Origin: Candidatus Woesearchaeota archaeon
Lineage (GTDB): Archaea > Nanobdellota > Nanobdellia > SCGC-AAA011-G17 > PNOQ01
Assembly: GCA_043812195.1 (NCBI GenBank)
Contig: JBDRML010000001.1
Span: forward strand, 1 to 64,000
Reading direction: 5' to 3'
DNA: 64,000 bases
Numbering within the stretch: position 1 is the first letter of the stretch; the number at the start of each line of letters is the position of its first letter. The notes below the pieces were generated by a model. That model had not been told where the DNA came from, did not search any database, and was given only the letters and a program-made list of their open reading frames with translations. Of this stretch, positions 30,184 to 39,378 are shown piece by piece. Made by a program: the position numbers and the translations under genes.

Positions 30184-31416
30184 ATGGGAATTTTCAAATT
30201 TTTAAAAAAGCTTTCCAGCAAGGAAGAAGAAATAAGAGAGATTAAACTAGAAGAATTAAACCAATTTATCGATTCCTTATCTAAAAAAATAGTTGGAAAT
30301 GCAGATTTAAAGTTAGTAGAGATAAAAGAGAAGATAATCAAAGAAAAAAGGGAAATGGAAGAAAACATTCAAAAATTAAATGATACAAAATTAAAAAATC
30401 CAAATATTCCAGAAAGAGCTAAACAGATAGCAATAGGTAACAAGGAAGTATATCTACAAAAAATCAATATATTTCTACAAGAAGTTAATCTCTTTAAAAA
30501 TTTTGATGAAAGCATAAATTTCTATGACTCAATTGATAAAAATTTATACATTTTTGATAAAGCAACTACTAAAAGCAATAAAATTCTATCTGAATTTTTC
30601 CCTGATGAAATGATGAGCATTTCTAAAAATATAAAGAATTTATGTGATTTAGCAAAAAAAATAAAAAAATTAGTAGATGATGCAGAAATAGAGAAATACA
30701 GTAAATTAAAAGATAAAGTTAATGAAATACAACAGAAAATAAAACAACAAGAAAATATAACAAAAGAAATAGAACTAATAAAAACAGAATTACAAACTCA
30801 AATTAAAAAGATAAATGAAAAAGAAAATAAAATAAAAGAACTTGAGGAAAATGATGAGTACAAAAAATTTTCTGAGTTAACAAATAAAAAAGAAACATTA
30901 GAATTAGAAGCAGAAGAGATTGAAAAACAGCCATTTAATTATTTTTATAATATTAAACCTGCTTTAAAGAAATACGAAAGGCTGACTTTAGATTATATGC
31001 TAATAAACGAATATTTAGATAATCCTCTGAAAGCTTTATTGAAAGATAAGGAGCTAAAAATACTAGAACATATTGGCAAAATTAAAGAATTTATTATTAA
31101 TGAAAAATTTGAGATAAAAGAAAAAAAGAAAAGTAGAATATTAAAAGAATTAGATGAACTTACTAAAAATAATCTTGAAATATTTTTAAGCAAGTATTAT
31201 GAATCAAACAAAAAATTAAATGAAGTAAATTTAGAAATAGAAAAAATAGAAGTTATTAAAGAAATCAAAAAGATAAAAGAACAATTTAATCAAGATAAAA
31301 GTAGATTAGAAGAAAATGAATCCAAAATTGAGAATATGAAAGAACAATTAAGAATGATTAATATTGAGAATTTAAAATTAGTTTTAGAAGAAGAGCTAAA
31401 AATAAAAATAATTTAA
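30184..31416 (+). CDS. Coiled-coil hypothetical protein
   Basis: 410 aa K/E/I/L-rich ORF. Confidence 0.7.
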   Translation: MGIFKFLKKLSSKEEEIREIKLEELNQFIDSLSKKIVGNADLKLVEIKEKIIKEKREMEENIQKLNDTKLKNPNIPERAKQIAIGNKEVYLQKINIFLQEVNLFKNFDESINFYDSIDKNLYIFDKATTKSNKILSEFFPDEMMSISKNIKNLCDLAKKIKKLVDDAEIEKYSKLKDKVNEIQQKIKQQENITKEIELIKTELQTQIKKINEKENKIKELEENDEYKKFSELTNKKETLELEAEEIEKQPFNYFYNIKPALKKYERLTLDYMLINEYLDNPLKALLKDKELKILEHIGKIKEFIINEKFEIKEKKKSRILKELDELTKNNLEIFLSKYYESNKKLNEVNLEIEKIEVIKEIKKIKEQFNQDKSRLEENESKIENMKEQLRMINIENLKLVLEEELKIKII

Positions 31417-31433
31417 TATTTTGTAGAGAAATT

Positions 31434-31682
31434 TCATTTTTTCTTAATCAATAAAACTATCATCCCAATTAAACCAATTATAAATGCTATGGGTGCTATT
31501 GGAACCGAAACAAAGAAAAATATTGTGCTTAAAATCTCAAATAAATATTTTAATATAAATATATCTTCAAATATTATTCCTAAAGCATAAAATAAGTTAT
31601 GTAGTAATACTGAAACAAAAAATAAAATAACAGATCCAACAGTTAAGATTACAAACTTTCTAAATTTACTCAACTTTTTCAT
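31434..31682 (-). CDS. Small membrane protein
   Basis: Hydrophobic helices; 4-bp overlap with upstream gene. Confidence 0.65.
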   Translation of the reverse strand: MKKLSKFRKFVILTVGSVILFFVSVLLHNLFYALGIIFEDIFILKYLFEILSTIFFFVSVPIAPIAFIIGLIGMIVLLIKKK

Positions 31683-31993
31683 TTTAATTTAACGGCAGTA
31701 CCATAAGCTAATATTTCTGCAGCACCAGTCATAACCATTGAAGTCATAAATCTTACATTTATGATTGCATCTGCGTTTAGTTTTTCAGCTTTATCAGTCA
31801 TTCTTTTCAGTGCAATCTCTCTTGCTTCGCTTAACATTTCAGTATATTGCTTTATTTCTCCACCAATTATTTGTTTAAAGCCAGCTATAATATCTTTTCC
31901 TATATGTTTTGCTTGAATAACATTTCCCTTTACTAATCCTAAGTTTTCTGTTACCTTTTTATTTGGTATATAATCTATGTTTGTTATTATCAT
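31679..31993 (-). CDS. YbjQ/UPF0145 family protein
   Basis: GKDIIAG.KQIIGGEI..Y..ML..ARE.A..RM...ADAIINVRF...EILAYGTAV. Confidence 0.92.
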   Translation of the reverse strand: MIITNIDYIPNKKVTENLGLVKGNVIQAKHIGKDIIAGFKQIIGGEIKQYTEMLSEAREIALKRMTDKAEKLNADAIINVRFMTSMVMTGAAEILAYGTAVKLK

Positions 31994-32253
31994 GGTTTTA
32001 AATCCTCCTTGTTTATTTTTTTAAGATCTTTATCATCTTGAATTCTTTCTTTTATTAGAGAGATTAATATTAAGATAGTTCCTATTCCCATTAATACAAA
32101 ACTTATTCTTAGTATAAATAAGAATAGACCATCATCTTCCATTTCTCCATCCTCTTCAAAATCTCCGAAAAAAATTGGATAAAATGAAACTAATATGATT
32201 ATTATTAAGCCTAAAAGAAAGATTATTGCTCCTGTAACTGTTAGTTTGTTCAT
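31990..32253 (-). CDS. Small membrane protein (start revised to MNKLTV)
   Basis: Two TM helices; the longer track ORF reads through hairpin copy 3 and is probably over-extended. Confidence 0.6.
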   Translation of the reverse strand: MNKLTVTGAIIFLLGLIIIILVSFYPIFFGDFEEDGEMEDDGLFLFILRISFVLMGIGTILILISLIKERIQDDKDLKKINKEDLKP

Positions 32254-32294
32254 AATTTTAGTATTTAAAGATATGTTTAAAAATGTTTTGAGTA

Positions 32295-32317
32295 AGCGAG
32301 AAGTATCTCGCGCTCTC
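32295..32317 (+). repeat. Hairpin element copy 3
   Basis: agcgagaagtatctcgcgctctc. Confidence 0.92.
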
Positions 32318-32328
32318 ACAAGAGGTTT

Positions 32329-32610
32329 GTGCTTAGAAAAGGATATTCAGATTACTCAAAAAAGAAAAAATCTGTAGAAATAGGGAAGGTATGTATAAAA
32401 AAAGGAGATAAGATACTATTAATTGATGATATTTTTGAAAGCGGAGGCGTTGGTAGGGCAACTATACATCTAATTGAAAAACTTGGAGGAGAAGTGAAAG
32501 GAATTTTTACAGTATTTAATAAGTTAGATAAAACAGGTGAAAAATATTTTAAAAAATATAATTATCATTATTTAATAAAATTAGAAAAAAAGAAGAAAGA
32601 TATTAAGTAA
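32329..32610 (+). pseudogene. 5'-truncated phosphoribosyltransferase (APRT-like C-terminal half)
   Basis: ILLIDDIFESGG PRPP-binding motif with no N-terminal half; bounded by hairpin copies 3 and 4. Confidence 0.7.
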
Positions 32611-32632
32611 GCGAGAAGTATCTCTCGCTCTC
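32610..32632 (+). repeat. Hairpin element copy 4
   Basis: agcgagaagtatctctcgctctc; first A is the last base of the upstream TAA. Confidence 0.88.
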
Positions 32633-32677
32633 CTAAGAACCAAAAGATTTATATAGTTAGTAAGATTAGTCTTACTT

Positions 32678-32953
32678 GTGATTAAAATGGATATTGCTAT
32701 AACAAAAATGAGTTCAAAAGGACAGATTGTAATACCGTCTGAGATGAGAGAAGATATACCAGAAGGTGAAAAAATGATAATAATAAAAGATAAAGGAAAG
32801 ATAATAATGAAAAAAGCAAGCGACATGGACAAACAACTAAACGAAGATTTAGAATTCGCTAGAAGGACTGAAGAAGCATACCAAAGAATTGAGAGAGGAG
32901 AAGGAATCAAGATGGATTTTGATAACTTTATTAAAGAGATAAAGAAATGGTGA
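32678..32953 (+). CDS. AbrB/MazE-like antitoxin
   Basis: TKMSSKGQIVIPSEMRE. Confidence 0.88.
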   Translation: MIKMDIAITKMSSKGQIVIPSEMREDIPEGEKMIIIKDKGKIIMKKASDMDKQLNEDLEFARRTEEAYQRIERGEGIKMDFDNFIKEIKKW

Positions 32954-33192
32954 ATGTTATATTTGATCCTATTTTTAAAAAGAAATTTATGAAAATAAAA
33001 GATAAACAATCAAAAAATAAGATAATAAAACAAATCCAAAAAATAAAAGAAAACACAGAGATTGGAAAACCAATGAAATATAGCAGAAAAGGCAGTCGAG
33101 AACTTTATGTTTTTCCATTTAGACTATCTTATATGATTAAAAGTAGCGAATTAATTTATATTTTAGACATTTATCATAAAGATGAACAATGA
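32947..33192 (+). CDS. RelE/ParE-family toxin
   Basis: IGKPMKY.RKG.RELYV.PFRLSY...DIYHKDEQ; overlaps antitoxin end. Confidence 0.85.
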   Translation: MVNVIFDPIFKKKFMKIKDKQSKNKIIKQIQKIKENTEIGKPMKYSRKGSRELYVFPFRLSYMIKSSELIYILDIYHKDEQ

Positions 33193-33256
33193 TAAAGATT
33201 TATTTACTATTCTCAAAACCAACATAGATTCTAAATATTAATTTTTATAATAAGTA

Positions 33257-33279
33257 AGCGAAAGGTTTCTCGCGTCCTC
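33257..33279 (+). repeat. Hairpin element copy 5
   Basis: agcgaaaggtttctcgcgtcctc. Confidence 0.82.
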
Positions 33280-33337
33280 TTAGAAAGCTTTTTAAGCTTT
33301 TTTTAAACTCTATAAAAAGGGTAAGGAGGAATTTAAA

Positions 33338-33805
33338 ATGAATGGAATACAAAAAGGATTAGCAACATTAGCTACTGTAGGAACATTAGGATTAGGTTTG
33401 AGTTGTGGTAAACCAACTAAACCAAGAGATACAAACAGCGGCAATAATAATACTAGTTATACTTTAGACACAAAAATTAAGAAATTAGAAGTAGTACATC
33501 GTGGTGGAGGATTGTATTACCTTAACGTTATAGTTGAAGGAACACCACATAATAAAGTAGACAAATTCCTTGTTTATATTGATAATGAAGATGATAGACA
33601 TGCATTTGGTGGATCAGATTATACTTTTAGTAATGGAACTGCTTCAGCTCGTATGTTTATCCACTGTGGAAGTATTGAATATCCATATTATCAAGATGAA
33701 ACAGCTAGCTGTCCAGGAACACATAATTTTGTAATTGCAGCATATAACATAATGGATATAAATGCAGATAAAACACCGGCAAGAAAAACATATAGGATAC
33801 CTTAA
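33338..33805 (+). CDS. Putative lipoprotein
   Basis: LGLSC lipobox; AGGAGG RBS. Confidence 0.65.
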   Translation: MNGIQKGLATLATVGTLGLGLSCGKPTKPRDTNSGNNNTSYTLDTKIKKLEVVHRGGGLYYLNVIVEGTPHNKVDKFLVYIDNEDDRHAFGGSDYTFSNGTASARMFIHCGSIEYPYYQDETASCPGTHNFVIAAYNIMDINADKTPARKTYRIP

Positions 33806-34009
33806 AAATCTTGAGTTCAAACTGGAAATTATAACTGTGATGACTGAAATTGTAGTGATTAAATATAGATTAAAGCCAACTAAAGATAAAAGATTAAAAT
33901 CCAATTTTATTAGAAAATTAAATAGTTATTTGAATAGATTGGAAAGATAGTAAGTAACATACATTCAATTTAATAAAATTTTTATATTATACAAAATTCA
34001 TCTTTTCAT

Positions 34010-34201
34010 ATGACAGATAAGAAAATAGAAGATATACTTTCTGAATGCGAATATTGTGAAAAAAAAGAAGCTAGAGAAATAAAAAGAGAATGGAAAGAGT
34101 TAATTTCACCATATTATACAGAGCTTGTGGCAGATTATGAATGCAAATCCTGCGGTAAAAACTATTCAAGAATTCTAAAAAGGGATATGCGCTATAAATA
34201 A
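34010..34201 (+). CDS. Small zinc-ribbon protein
   Basis: CEYC...CKSCG. Confidence 0.55.
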   Translation: MTDKKIEDILSECEYCEKKEAREIKREWKELISPYYTELVADYECKSCGKNYSRILKRDMRYK

Positions 34202-34246
34202 GCCCAAAAAAATCCCAACCTTTAAAAAACCAACCAATCTCAAAGT

Positions 34247-37200
34247 ATGATGGACTGGAGTTTATTCAATAAAAAAGAGTATTTAGAACCTTTAGTATTT
34301 TCTAATGGAAAATCACAATTAGATGTTGTTAAAGAAGTAATACAAGCAATTAAAGAAGGACATAAGATAATTTTCATAAAAGGTATCTGTGGCACAGGTA
34401 AATGTCTAGAAAGAGATTCCAGCGTATTTTGTAAACCAAATAATGAAAATCATTTTAGTTATCATAAAATTTCGGAGTTAGTTGGGAAGGGAGGAGATAT
34501 TTTAGCTCTTGATAGAATGGGAAAAATCACAGAGTCTAAGTTTAAAAATGTGAGAAATACTGGTATTAAAAAATTATACAAGATAAAAACAAGAACTGGA
34601 AGAGAAATAGTTGCTTCAGCAAATCATCCATTACTTACTATAACAAAAGAAGGGATAGAATGGCTGCCCTTAGAAAAACTAAATAATTATTCCTATATTT
34701 GTCTTCCAAATAAAATTTCTTTTGGAAGAGAATTAGATTATGATAATGATAAGATTAAAATTCTTGCCCATTTAATTGCAGAAGGTAAATTAGGGGACAA
34801 GGCTGGGTCTCCAATTTATTTTCAAAGTCCAAGTAAAAACCCAGAAATAAGAAAAGATTATATCTCTTCATTAAGAAGAGCATTCCCAGATGGAGAAATA
34901 AAAAGCTATTGTGAAAAAGATGTTGCTATTGTTTTTAGAAATATGAACACAACTAAAGGAGCCACAAACAAACTAAGACTTTTCATTAGGGAGCATGGGT
35001 TGGATAAAAAAAAGTCCAGCCAAAAATTTATACCCAAAATAATATTTAATTTAAAAAAAGAAAAAATTTCTTTATTTTTAAGTAGATTGTTTTCTTGTGA
35101 TGGAAGTATCTATCAAAAAAAGAAGGATGGCCAAATAACTATTGAATATTCTTCTATCTCAAAAAGATTAATTCAAGACGTTTCTCTTTTACTTCAAAGA
35201 TTTGGGATCCAACATACAATTACTTCGAAAAAATTTAAAGAAAATAAAGAATATGCTTGGATAATTTGTATTTCAAATCACAACTCTCTTAGAAAATACA
35301 TAGATGAAATTGGCTTTGTTGGTAGAAAACAAAGATTAGCTTTGAAATTATACAACAAACTAAAAATACATAAATTTACCAATATTGATAAAGTTCCAAG
35401 AGTCATACGTGAATATTTAAAAAAGAAGGGATATAACTATACTGAACTCGATAGATTTTTAAATTACGAAAAAATTGAAGAATCTAGAAAGAAAAAAAGT
35501 TTTAAACAGATAAGAAAAGATAAATCAATAGAAACTCCTTTTGTATTTAATCAACAAAAAATTGATTTTTTAAGAAGCCATATTAAAAAAATAAATAATT
35601 ATATCAAAGATGACACTCTTTCTTTTATTTGCAATGAAGATATCTTTTGGGATAAAGTAAAATCAATTGAATATATAAAAAAAGATGAAACTTATGATTT
35701 AGAAGTTCCAAAAAATCACAATTTTATTGCGAATGGAATCATTGTTCATAATTCTGCCATTGCATTAAATATAGCTAAAGAAATCGGTAAAACATCTATT
35801 GTAGTCCCAGTTAAACCATTGCAAAAACAATACGAAGAAGATTACACAGATAAAATGTATGTTCTAAAAAAAGATGGTAAAAAATTAAAAATAGCCATTA
35901 TTGATGGAAGAAACAACCATAGATGTATCTTTAAATCAAATTGCATGGCAGATGACAGATATATTCCATGTACTATTGAAATAAAAGAAGATAACCTTAA
36001 CTTACTAAAAGAATACCTACACCAAAATAAATTTGTAAACACCAAAGGCTTCAAAAAATTAAAAGACATCAGAAGAAAATCCATAGCACCTGCATGCCCT
36101 TATTGGTCTCCAATTTTACACAAAGATATGTTTGAACAAGATTATAGCATAGAAGACGCAGAAGAAATAAATTATCAAGGTCTTCAAAACAAAACATTCA
36201 CTTATTTCCAAAGAGAAAAAGGCTGCAAGTATTACAACCAATTCTTAAATTACCTTAATTCAGATGTTATTGTATTTAATAGTAAGAAATACGAACTTGA
36301 AAATTTAATGGATAGAAAACCAGCAACAGAAATAGAAATAATAGATGAATGTGATGAATTTTTAGATAATCTTGCAAATGAAAAAAAAATAAACCTAGAT
36401 AGACTATCACTGGTGCTTTCAAATGTAAAAACTAAAGATTTCGATTTAAAAGAAATAACAATAGAAATTAACGATTTAGTTCTTGAATTATTAAATGATA
36501 AAAAAATCTCTGAAAAAGAAATATTTCCAATCAAAAAAACTAAAATCTATCCATTATTAAAACATTTCACATCAAATGCAGGATTAATCGATTTAGAAGA
36601 AGAAGAAACAGATTATTTATACAATGTATATCAAACAGGAAAATCTTTTGAAGATTACTTTGATGAAACCTATGTAACATTTTATAGAAATGATAGAAAT
36701 GAATTATTAGTTAATATAATTACAGTAGATCTTGAAAAAAAATTAAAAGAGTTCTTAGATAAAAATAAGGCTTTTGTAATGATGAGCGGAACTATCCATT
36801 CTGAAATGATATTAAAAGAAGTTTTCGGAATTAAAGATTTTAAGATAATAGAAGCAGAAGTAAATCCAATTGGCAAAATCAAAAAAATAAGAACAAAATT
36901 AGAAAAATGTTTTGATTATCAAACTTTAAAACAAAATGGAGCTAGAGAAGCATACTTAGATGCTCTTTCTAGAGCTGTAGAAGTAGCTGAAAAACCGGTT
37001 TTGGTTCATGTGAATGCATTTAAGGATTTGCCATCTAAGGAAGAGTGTTTACGGTTTAATATTTCAAATTTGAAAACCAAAGAAGAGCTTATGATCGAAC
37101 AAAATGAATATAGGCGTGGTGAATTAGTCAAAAAATTTAAAGATAAGGAAATTGAAGTTCTTTTTTCAACTAAATGTAATAGGGGCGTAGATTTTCCAGG

Positions 37201-37432
37201 TGAAATTTGTAATAGTATTATATTCACAAAATATCCATATCCTAATGTAAGTTCTTTATTTTGGCAAATATTAAAGAAAAGTAAGCCTGAATATTATAGT
37301 ATGTTCTATAAAGATAAAGCTGAAAGAGAATTCTTGCAGAGAGTTTACAGGGGTCTTAGGTCAGAAAAAGATCATATAAACATTTTAAGCCCGGATATTA
37401 GGATTTTGAATTCCATTGGGTTGGTTAAGTGA
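34247..37432 (+). CDS. XPD/Rad3/DinG-like SF2 helicase containing an intein
   Basis: GICGTGK|S Walker A split by intein, Cys cluster (HRC..C...PC...ACPY), IIDECD, MMSGT, RGVDFPG, QRVYRGLRS. Confidence 0.88.
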   Translation: MMDWSLFNKKEYLEPLVFSNGKSQLDVVKEVIQAIKEGHKIIFIKGICGTGKCLERDSSVFCKPNNENHFSYHKISELVGKGGDILALDRMGKITESKFKNVRNTGIKKLYKIKTRTGREIVASANHPLLTITKEGIEWLPLEKLNNYSYICLPNKISFGRELDYDNDKIKILAHLIAEGKLGDKAGSPIYFQSPSKNPEIRKDYISSLRRAFPDGEIKSYCEKDVAIVFRNMNTTKGATNKLRLFIREHGLDKKKSSQKFIPKIIFNLKKEKISLFLSRLFSCDGSIYQKKKDGQITIEYSSISKRLIQDVSLLLQRFGIQHTITSKKFKENKEYAWIICISNHNSLRKYIDEIGFVGRKQRLALKLYNKLKIHKFTNIDKVPRVIREYLKKKGYNYTELDRFLNYEKIEESRKKKSFKQIRKDKSIETPFVFNQQKIDFLRSHIKKINNYIKDDTLSFICNEDIFWDKVKSIEYIKKDETYDLEVPKNHNFIANGIIVHNSAIALNIAKEIGKTSIVVPVKPLQKQYEEDYTDKMYVLKKDGKKLKIAIIDGRNNHRCIFKSNCMADDRYIPCTIEIKEDNLNLLKEYLHQNKFVNTKGFKKLKDIRRKSIAPACPYWSPILHKDMFEQDYSIEDAEEINYQGLQNKTFTYFQREKGCKYYNQFLNYLNSDVIVFNSKKYELENLMDRKPATEIEIIDECDEFLDNLANEKKINLDRLSLVLSNVKTKDFDLKEITIEINDLVLELLNDKKISEKEIFPIKKTKIYPLLKHFTSNAGLIDLEEEETDYLYNVYQTGKSFEDYFDETYVTFYRNDRNELLVNIITVDLEKKLKEFLDKNKAFVMMSGTIHSEMILKEVFGIKDFKIIEAEVNPIGKIKKIRTKLEKCFDYQTLKQNGAREAYLDALSRAVEVAEKPVLVHVNAFKDLPSKEECLRFNISNLKTKEELMIEQNEYRRGELVKKFKDKEIEVLFSTKCNRGVDFPGEICNSIIFTKYPYPNVSSLFWQILKKSKPEYYSMFYKDKAEREFLQRVYRGLRSEKDHINILSPDIRILNSIGLVK
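34403..35752 (+). mobile_element. 450-aa intein with LAGLIDADG endonuclease
   Basis: N-terminal C(LERDS), ASANHPLL block B, LAHLIAEG and LFSCDGS, TYDLEV.KNHNFIANGIIVHN followed by S. Confidence 0.95.
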
Positions 37433-37440
37433 TTTATTTT

Positions 37441-37463
37441 AGCGAGAGGTGTCTCGCGCTCTC
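37441..37463 (+). repeat. Hairpin element copy 6 (directly after helicase)
   Basis: agcgagaggtgtctcgcgctctc then ttttagata. Confidence 0.95.
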
Positions 37464-37512
37464 TTTTAGATAAGTTTTTATATGTTTGGATACTATGCTA
37501 TGATATATTAAA

Positions 37513-37830
37513 ATGGGAAAAAGAACAACAGAATTTGTTTTGGGACTGCTTGGAGGAATTTTTGGTTTTGGAACTGCTTTCTTTGGGTTTTTTTTTAGTT
37601 TAATTGCTACAGAAATAGGTGGCTCTATCCCTTGGATATTTGCTGGTTCTATAGTTGCTATTGTTGGGTCTGTATTTGTTAAATCAAAAGCTAAAATCGG
37701 AGGGATTATAATGCTCCTAGGTGGGATTACAATACTTATTTCTAGTGGTTTATTTGGAATATTACCTTTTGTATTATTATTTATAGCTGGTCTTATGGGA
37801 TTAATTAAGAAGGATGGCAAAAGAAAATGA
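37513..37830 (+). CDS. DUF4064-like membrane protein
   Basis: KRTTEFVLGLLGGIFG start; four TM helices. Confidence 0.7.
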   Translation: MGKRTTEFVLGLLGGIFGFGTAFFGFFFSLIATEIGGSIPWIFAGSIVAIVGSVFVKSKAKIGGIIMLLGGITILISSGLFGILPFVLLFIAGLMGLIKKDGKRK

Positions 37831-38576
37831 AACTTAATCTTTTAATATTTTTATTTTTAATTATGGTTGGTTTATTTTTTATAAGTGGTTGTCAACCTAA
37901 TGTTAATCCTGAAATTAAAGAAGGATGTACTTCAGATAGTTGTATAAGTTCAGAATTTATTTCATGCGAACAACAACAAAATGGGATTTATATAGGAATA
38001 AATAAAGGTAAAGTTGTTGGAAAATGTGAAGTTGAATGTTTATCAAATGATGACTGTTTAAGTAATCAAGAATGTGTAGATAGTAAATGTCAGATAATTG
38101 AAGAAAGTATAATACAAGGTCCAGGATTTAATAGAGACACTCCATTATCTTTAAATACTCTCGGAGAAATTACAATGGGTTATGAATGGAGTCAGTTAGC
38201 AAATATAAAAATAACTATAAGTGGAATTAAGAGGGGAAGTTCTGCATGGTCTATGATTGAAGAAGCTAATATGTTTAATGATGAACCCCCTTCTGGAAAA
38301 GAATATTTATTAACTAAAATTAAAGTTGAAGTTATAAGTACTTCCGATAATAATGCATATGACCTAAGTTCTTATAATTTTGATGCAGTTTCTAGTAGCG
38401 GAATTGTTTATGATAAAACTTATGTTGTTGAACCCGAACCTAGTTTCGGCGGAGAAATTTACTCTGGAGGCATGAAGGAAGGTTGGAAAACTTTTGAAGT
38501 AAATGTCGGAGATACAACACCTTTATTGAGAGTAAGTGGTGCTAATGATAAAGATTTGTGGTTTAAACTTTATTAA
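37827..38576 (+). CDS. Lipoprotein with Cys-rich region and DUF4352-like Ig domain
   Basis: ISGC lipobox; AWSMIEEANMFNDEP..GKEY...GEIYSGG..EGW..FEV. Confidence 0.7.
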   Translation: MKLNLLIFLFLIMVGLFFISGCQPNVNPEIKEGCTSDSCISSEFISCEQQQNGIYIGINKGKVVGKCEVECLSNDDCLSNQECVDSKCQIIEESIIQGPGFNRDTPLSLNTLGEITMGYEWSQLANIKITISGIKRGSSAWSMIEEANMFNDEPPSGKEYLLTKIKVEVISTSDNNAYDLSSYNFDAVSSSGIVYDKTYVVEPEPSFGGEIYSGGMKEGWKTFEVNVGDTTPLLRVSGANDKDLWFKLY

Positions 38577-38661
38577 AATTAAAAAGAAAAAAAAGAATCA
38601 TTTTCTATAGCCCTAACTGTTCATAATATTGTGAGTTCCTCCTGGGGCTTCGAACAAAATT

Positions 38662-38728
38662 AAAAAGATAATATAAATATTTTAAGTCCAGATATTAGGA
38701 TTTTGAATTCTATTGGATTGGTTAAGTA
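38662..38728 (+). repeat. Displaced copy of helicase 3' end (~65 bp)
   Basis: aaaaagataatataaatattttaagtccagatattaggattttgaattctattggattggttaagta matches ~37365-37430. Confidence 0.9.
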
Positions 38729-38751
38729 AGCGAAATGTGTCTAGCGCTCTC
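38729..38751 (+). repeat. Hairpin element copy 7 (degenerate)
   Basis: agcgaaatgtgtctagcgctctc then ttttagata. Confidence 0.82.
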
Positions 38752-38792
38752 TTTTAGATAATCTATATAAATCAAATTAAATAATTTATTTT

Positions 38793-39233
38793 ATGACCCC
38801 AAAATACCTATGGCATGGCTCCACAAAAAAAGTTAATATCATTAAACCTTCAAAAGCCATAGATTTATCTAAACATCCAGATAGTAATAGAAAAGGAGTC
38901 TATGCTACCGATTTAAAAGAGCTTGCAATAGAATTTGGTTTAGCAGATAAAAAATTACATAAATATGCAGATTATAGTAAAAAACCAGTTCAAATTGTAC
39001 TTATAGAAGGAGATATAAGAAAAGGCAAGAAATTTTATTTATATAAACTTAAAAATAAAGGATTCAAAGAAATGCCCAAAAAATCACATCAATGGGTATC
39101 TTTCAAAGAAATAAAACCATTAAAAATTGAAGAATTAAATGTTGATGATTATTTACATTTGATTAGAAAAGCAAATAAAAAAGATAAAGAGTATTATTTT
39201 AGTCTTATAGGAAAGTTTAAAAAAGTTAAGTAA
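38793..39233 (+). CDS. Hypothetical protein, possible ADP-ribosyltransferase (Arr-like) fold
   Basis: LWHGS...GVYAT....A..F pattern; stop codon abuts hairpin copy 8. Confidence 0.5.
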   Translation: MTPKYLWHGSTKKVNIIKPSKAIDLSKHPDSNRKGVYATDLKELAIEFGLADKKLHKYADYSKKPVQIVLIEGDIRKGKKFYLYKLKNKGFKEMPKKSHQWVSFKEIKPLKIEELNVDDYLHLIRKANKKDKEYYFSLIGKFKKVK

Positions 39234-39255
39234 GCGAGAGGTGTCTCGCGCTCTC
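39233..39255 (+). repeat. Hairpin element copy 8
   Basis: agcgagaggtgtctcgcgctctc. Confidence 0.95.
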
Positions 39256-39378
39256 TTTAGTAAGCTTTTTAAGTTCTTCTAGATTTCCAATTTCATGCAA
39301 AGAAAAAGACGGTTTGATAAGATAGACATATGCATAATATCTACAATTTATGCTGGGAGTAGATTTTATATGTAAAAA

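Noticed and set aside
32581-33009. ORFs sharing an RARDTSRL peptide (also the N-terminal extension of 31990-32319)
   Set aside because: The shared peptide is just the antisense translation of the hairpin element
37434-37820. Minus-strand 128-aa ORF and the many other antisense ORFs in the track
   Set aside because: Shadows of well-supported genes on the opposite strand, with no motifs of their own
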